From: a virus
Length of the DNA stretch: 41,221 nucleotides
Strand: one strand, 5' to 3'
IMG/VR virus record: IMGVR_UViG_3300031228_000002
Coordinates: 1 to 41,221 of that record
Within the stretch, counting starts at the first letter, position 1; every line of letters begins with the position of its first letter. Both the position numbers and the translations under genes were made by a program. Below are positions 38,962 to 41,221 of the stretch, piece after piece. The notes beneath the pieces were generated by a model. It did no database searches. It was not told the DNA's origin and saw only the letters and a list, made by a program, of their open reading frames with translations.

Positions 38962-39297
38962 TCAGCTGAGGTCGGGCACGACGAGCCAGCCGGGCTCGCG
39001 CGGCGGGATGCCGAGTGCCGACGCGGCAGCGAGCAGGGTCTTGTTCCACGCCTCGTACTGCTCGGGCAGGTACGAGTACGGCGTGACCACCTCGAACTTG
39101 CCGAGGTCCACCGAGGTGGAGTGGGTGACGAGGAACGTCATGTCCTCGTCGTAGTGGCCGGCGTTCAGGTAGCCGACGTCCACGCCGTGCTGCTCGTTGT
39201 GGCGCTGGAGCTGGGTGTCGAGGTCGTCCAGGTCGCCGGGGTGGGTGTCCGGAATCTGGAAGCCGTAGGCGAAGTAGGTGGAGTGGTACATGCCCAT
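38962..39297 (-). CDS. Hypothetical protein (111 aa)
   Basis: ATG 39297 shares 1 nt with the upstream TGA. The 155-aa track start was rejected. Confidence 0.6.
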   Translation of the reverse strand: MGMYHSTYFAYGFQIPDTHPGDLDDLDTQLQRHNEQHGVDVGYLNAGHYDEDMTFLVTHSTSVDLGKFEVVTPYSYLPEQYEAWNKTLLAAASALGIPPREPGWLVVPDLS

Positions 39298-39518
39298 CAG
39301 AGTTGTCCGTTCTTGTAGGCGTCGGCCGCGTCGGCGGCCTGCTGTGCGATGGCCTGCTCGGCGCACGTCTTGTGTGCTGGGCTGCGCTTCGAGTCGCGGA
39401 GGTACGTGAACCGGCCGCAGTACCGGCACGGCCTCGGAGTCGAGGACCAGTGCGACCGGTCCGACCAGTCAAGGAGTCCGGACTCCGGCAACGGGGACGG
39501 CCGCGGCCGGCGGGTCAC
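39297..39518 (-). CDS. Small zinc-ribbon-like protein (73 aa)
   Basis: GTG is in a GTGA overlap. CRYCGRFTYLRDSKRSPAHKTCAEQ. Confidence 0.6.
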   Translation of the reverse strand: MTRRPRPSPLPESGLLDWSDRSHWSSTPRPCRYCGRFTYLRDSKRSPAHKTCAEQAIAQQAADAADAYKNGQL

Positions 39519-40411
39519 GCTGCCTCGTCCCGCGTGCGGTCGCGGCGCTGCCCGGTGTGGATCTCCTGCACGATCGTGCGGACCGTGGACAGAGCCATGT
39601 CGAGCCGCTCGGCGATCTCCTCCGGCTCACGGCCGAACGCGGCAAGGTGGGCGATCTCCTGGCGCCGCAGAGCCGCCAGCTCGTTCCGCTTCAGCTCCCG
39701 CTCGGCGGCGGCCGGGTCGAACATCGGGTCGTCGATGTGACCCATGTCCTCCCACCACAGCGGGTCGGGCCACTGCCGGTCGGCCGCCCACTGCCGGGTG
39801 CGGGCGGCCAACCACGGCGGAATGCCGTGGTCTTCCGGCCGCTGGTCACGCAGGTCCGTGTAGCAGTCGGCGACCGCACGGGACGTGGGCCGGTACACCT
39901 CGGTCTGCTGCGTGATCCGCCAGACGGTCGTCTTCGCCACCCCGATACGGGGCGCGAGGCTCCGCATCGGGAACCCGACCGCGGCCAAGGCACGGATCCG
40001 GCGGACGGAGCCGACAGCGCTGACCATGCCGGGAGTGACCGAGTCCGCGGTGACCGCCAGGATCTTCGCGGCCGTGTCCGGGCGGGTGCGCTTCTTCCGC
40101 CGGATCTTCGGGCTGAGGTCGTACACGAAGCCGGTGACCGTGGCCGTGTACAACCCGGTCCGTTCCGCGATCACCTCGTACGACAGGCCGGCCGCGTTCA
40201 GAGCGAGGAGGTGCTGGCGTACGGGCTCGGCGTCCACGAGGGGCTGCCAGGTGCCGTATCCGATCTTGCGGTAGCGGGTGCGCTGGTAGGCGGCGATGTA
40301 GTCGCGGCACGGCTGGCACTTGCACTTGTGGTACTTGGCGCGGGACAGGGTGCCGTGGTCGGGCAGGGGGCGGTGGCCGGCGGCGCGGGTCTCGGTGGCG
40401 GTCTGCGTCAC
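39515..40411 (-). CDS. Multi-HTH DNA-binding protein (298 aa)
   Basis: GTG is in a GTGA overlap. N-terminal HGTLSRAKYHKCKCQPCRDY module. Internal HTH-like segments. C-terminus EEIAERLDMALSTVRTIVQEI resembles sigma region 4. Confidence 0.65.
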   Translation of the reverse strand: MTQTATETRAAGHRPLPDHGTLSRAKYHKCKCQPCRDYIAAYQRTRYRKIGYGTWQPLVDAEPVRQHLLALNAAGLSYEVIAERTGLYTATVTGFVYDLSPKIRRKKRTRPDTAAKILAVTADSVTPGMVSAVGSVRRIRALAAVGFPMRSLAPRIGVAKTTVWRITQQTEVYRPTSRAVADCYTDLRDQRPEDHGIPPWLAARTRQWAADRQWPDPLWWEDMGHIDDPMFDPAAAERELKRNELAALRRQEIAHLAAFGREPEEIAERLDMALSTVRTIVQEIHTGQRRDRTRDEAA

Positions 40412-40659
40412 GGCTTCACCTCGGCGCGCATCGCCGGGCCCTTGCGCGGAGCCTGCGGCTTCGGCTGCTCCCGGTTGAGGCGCTCACGCAGGGCGGCGAT
40501 CTCCTGATCCTTCGCCTCCAACTGCACGACCAGGCGGCCGACGACGCGCTTCGCGGACTCCTTCTCTTCGCGCTCCTCCTGGAGCCAGTCCGCGTACAGG
40601 GAGGCGCGGGCCTCAGCGGTACGGCGCCGGGCAAACACCCAGTCCGTGAGCCAGCTCAT
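40408..40659 (-). CDS. Coiled-coil protein (83 aa)
   Basis: ATG 40659 is in an ATGA overlap. The 110-aa track start was rejected. Confidence 0.55.
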   Translation of the reverse strand: MSWLTDWVFARRRTAEARASLYADWLQEEREEKESAKRVVGRLVVQLEAKDQEIAALRERLNREQPKPQAPRKGPAMRAEVKP

Positions 40660-41204
40660 GCGCGGGCCCCCGCCCCGGGCTGCGCGGGCAGTACGGCAGC
40701 GGCCGGCCCGGCAGGCAGCGGCAGCGCGCCCGTTCGCCACGCCTCGCCGATCGCGGCCTTCCCCTCATCCGGGACGGTCAGTCGCGTGTACGCCGCGCGG
40801 CCCTGCATCACGACGCCAGGCACCTCGTGGATGACGCCCGACTCGGGGTCGGCCCACTCGGCTGTACCAGCGGCCGTGAGCGCGGCGAGCACCTTCTTCT
40901 GGAACCCGGGCTTCACCTCGGTGACGAACCGGCGGGTGATCTCGCTGCCGTAGTTCTCAAGGACCCAGGTGGTGAACTTGTCGGGGTCGGTGACGGCGGC
41001 GGTGGGCTTGGGCTGGACGAGGCTCACGGTGCCGACGTCGGTGCTGTCGTCGAGGCTGACGGTGATCTTCTGGGTTCCGGTCTCGGCCTTGGCCTCCCGC
41101 AGGCCGGCTTCCAGTTCCTTCTTCGCGGTCTTCAGTTGGTCGCCGATGGCGTCGGCGAGGGTGGAGAGGACGGCGACGGTGCGCGCGGTGTCCTTGAGGC
41201 TCAT
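40656..41204 (-). CDS. Hypothetical early protein (182 aa)
   Basis: ORF track. AAGGAGA RBS. Its 5' end is duplicated at 1-78 by the terminal overlap. Confidence 0.7.
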   Translation of the reverse strand: MSLKDTARTVAVLSTLADAIGDQLKTAKKELEAGLREAKAETGTQKITVSLDDSTDVGTVSLVQPKPTAAVTDPDKFTTWVLENYGSEITRRFVTEVKPGFQKKVLAALTAAGTAEWADPESGVIHEVPGVVMQGRAAYTRLTVPDEGKAAIGEAWRTGALPLPAGPAAAVLPAQPGAGARA

Positions 41205-41221
41205 GTGTGGTCTCCTTGGGG
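41127..41221. repeat. Terminal direct repeat, right copy
   Basis: Identical to 1-95. Confidence 0.95.

Larger units (their letters stand above)
1..41221. mobile_element. Complete, circularly closed temperate siphovirus-type actinophage genome (unique length 41,126 bp)
   Basis: Contains a full head-tail-lysis module, an integrase/repressor cassette and early recombination and regulatory genes. The first 95 nt equal the last 95 nt. GC and GC3 are very high. Confidence 0.85.

Overview
The window is a complete temperate siphovirus-type actinophage genome. GC and GC3 are very high, as in Streptomyces-like hosts. The first 95 nt are identical to the last 95 nt, so the contig closes on itself and the unique length is 41,126 bp.

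Almost everything is transcribed on the minus strand. Following transcription, the layout is:
- **Lysogeny switch:** a divergent CI-like / Cro-like pair at 3652-4526, then a tyrosine integrase (4839-6101) and an attP-proximal region.
- **First early operon:** starts at the cro-like gene, wraps through the contig ends and runs down to 34414. It encodes an Xis-like HTH, RecT, two WhiB-like proteins, a DUF4326-like protein, a large HTH protein, and a winged-helix initiator-like gene carrying five internal iterons.
- **Interrupting gene:** one plus-strand HTH gene (33930-34355).
- **Second early/middle operon (33790-30558):** rich in membrane proteins.
- **Late operon (30348-8182):** amidase endolysin plus TM protein, TerS, TerL, DUF1360-like membrane protein, portal, MuF-like protein, an Xre HTH of atypical composition, prohead protease, two HK97-fold capsid genes, a tail-tube candidate, connectors, chaperones, tape measure, baseplate and fibre genes including three paralogous fibre genes, and an r1t-type holin.
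- **Accessory island (6417-8119):** sits between attP and the holin. It holds an Xre HTH, two translationally coupled Cys-containing small ORFs, a DNA-binding-domain-only GntR-like gene and a lipoprotein.

The most interesting non-standard signals are:
- an orientation-locked gene-junction repeat family (stoperator- or SAS-like);
- iterons inside the initiator-like gene;
- the foreign-looking HTH gene inside the head module;
- tandem HK97-fold capsid genes;
- a probable -1 frame switch at a C6 tract;
- a 27-bp tandem repeat at the early/late boundary.

All functional calls come from motif-level recognition and gene context. No database search was run.
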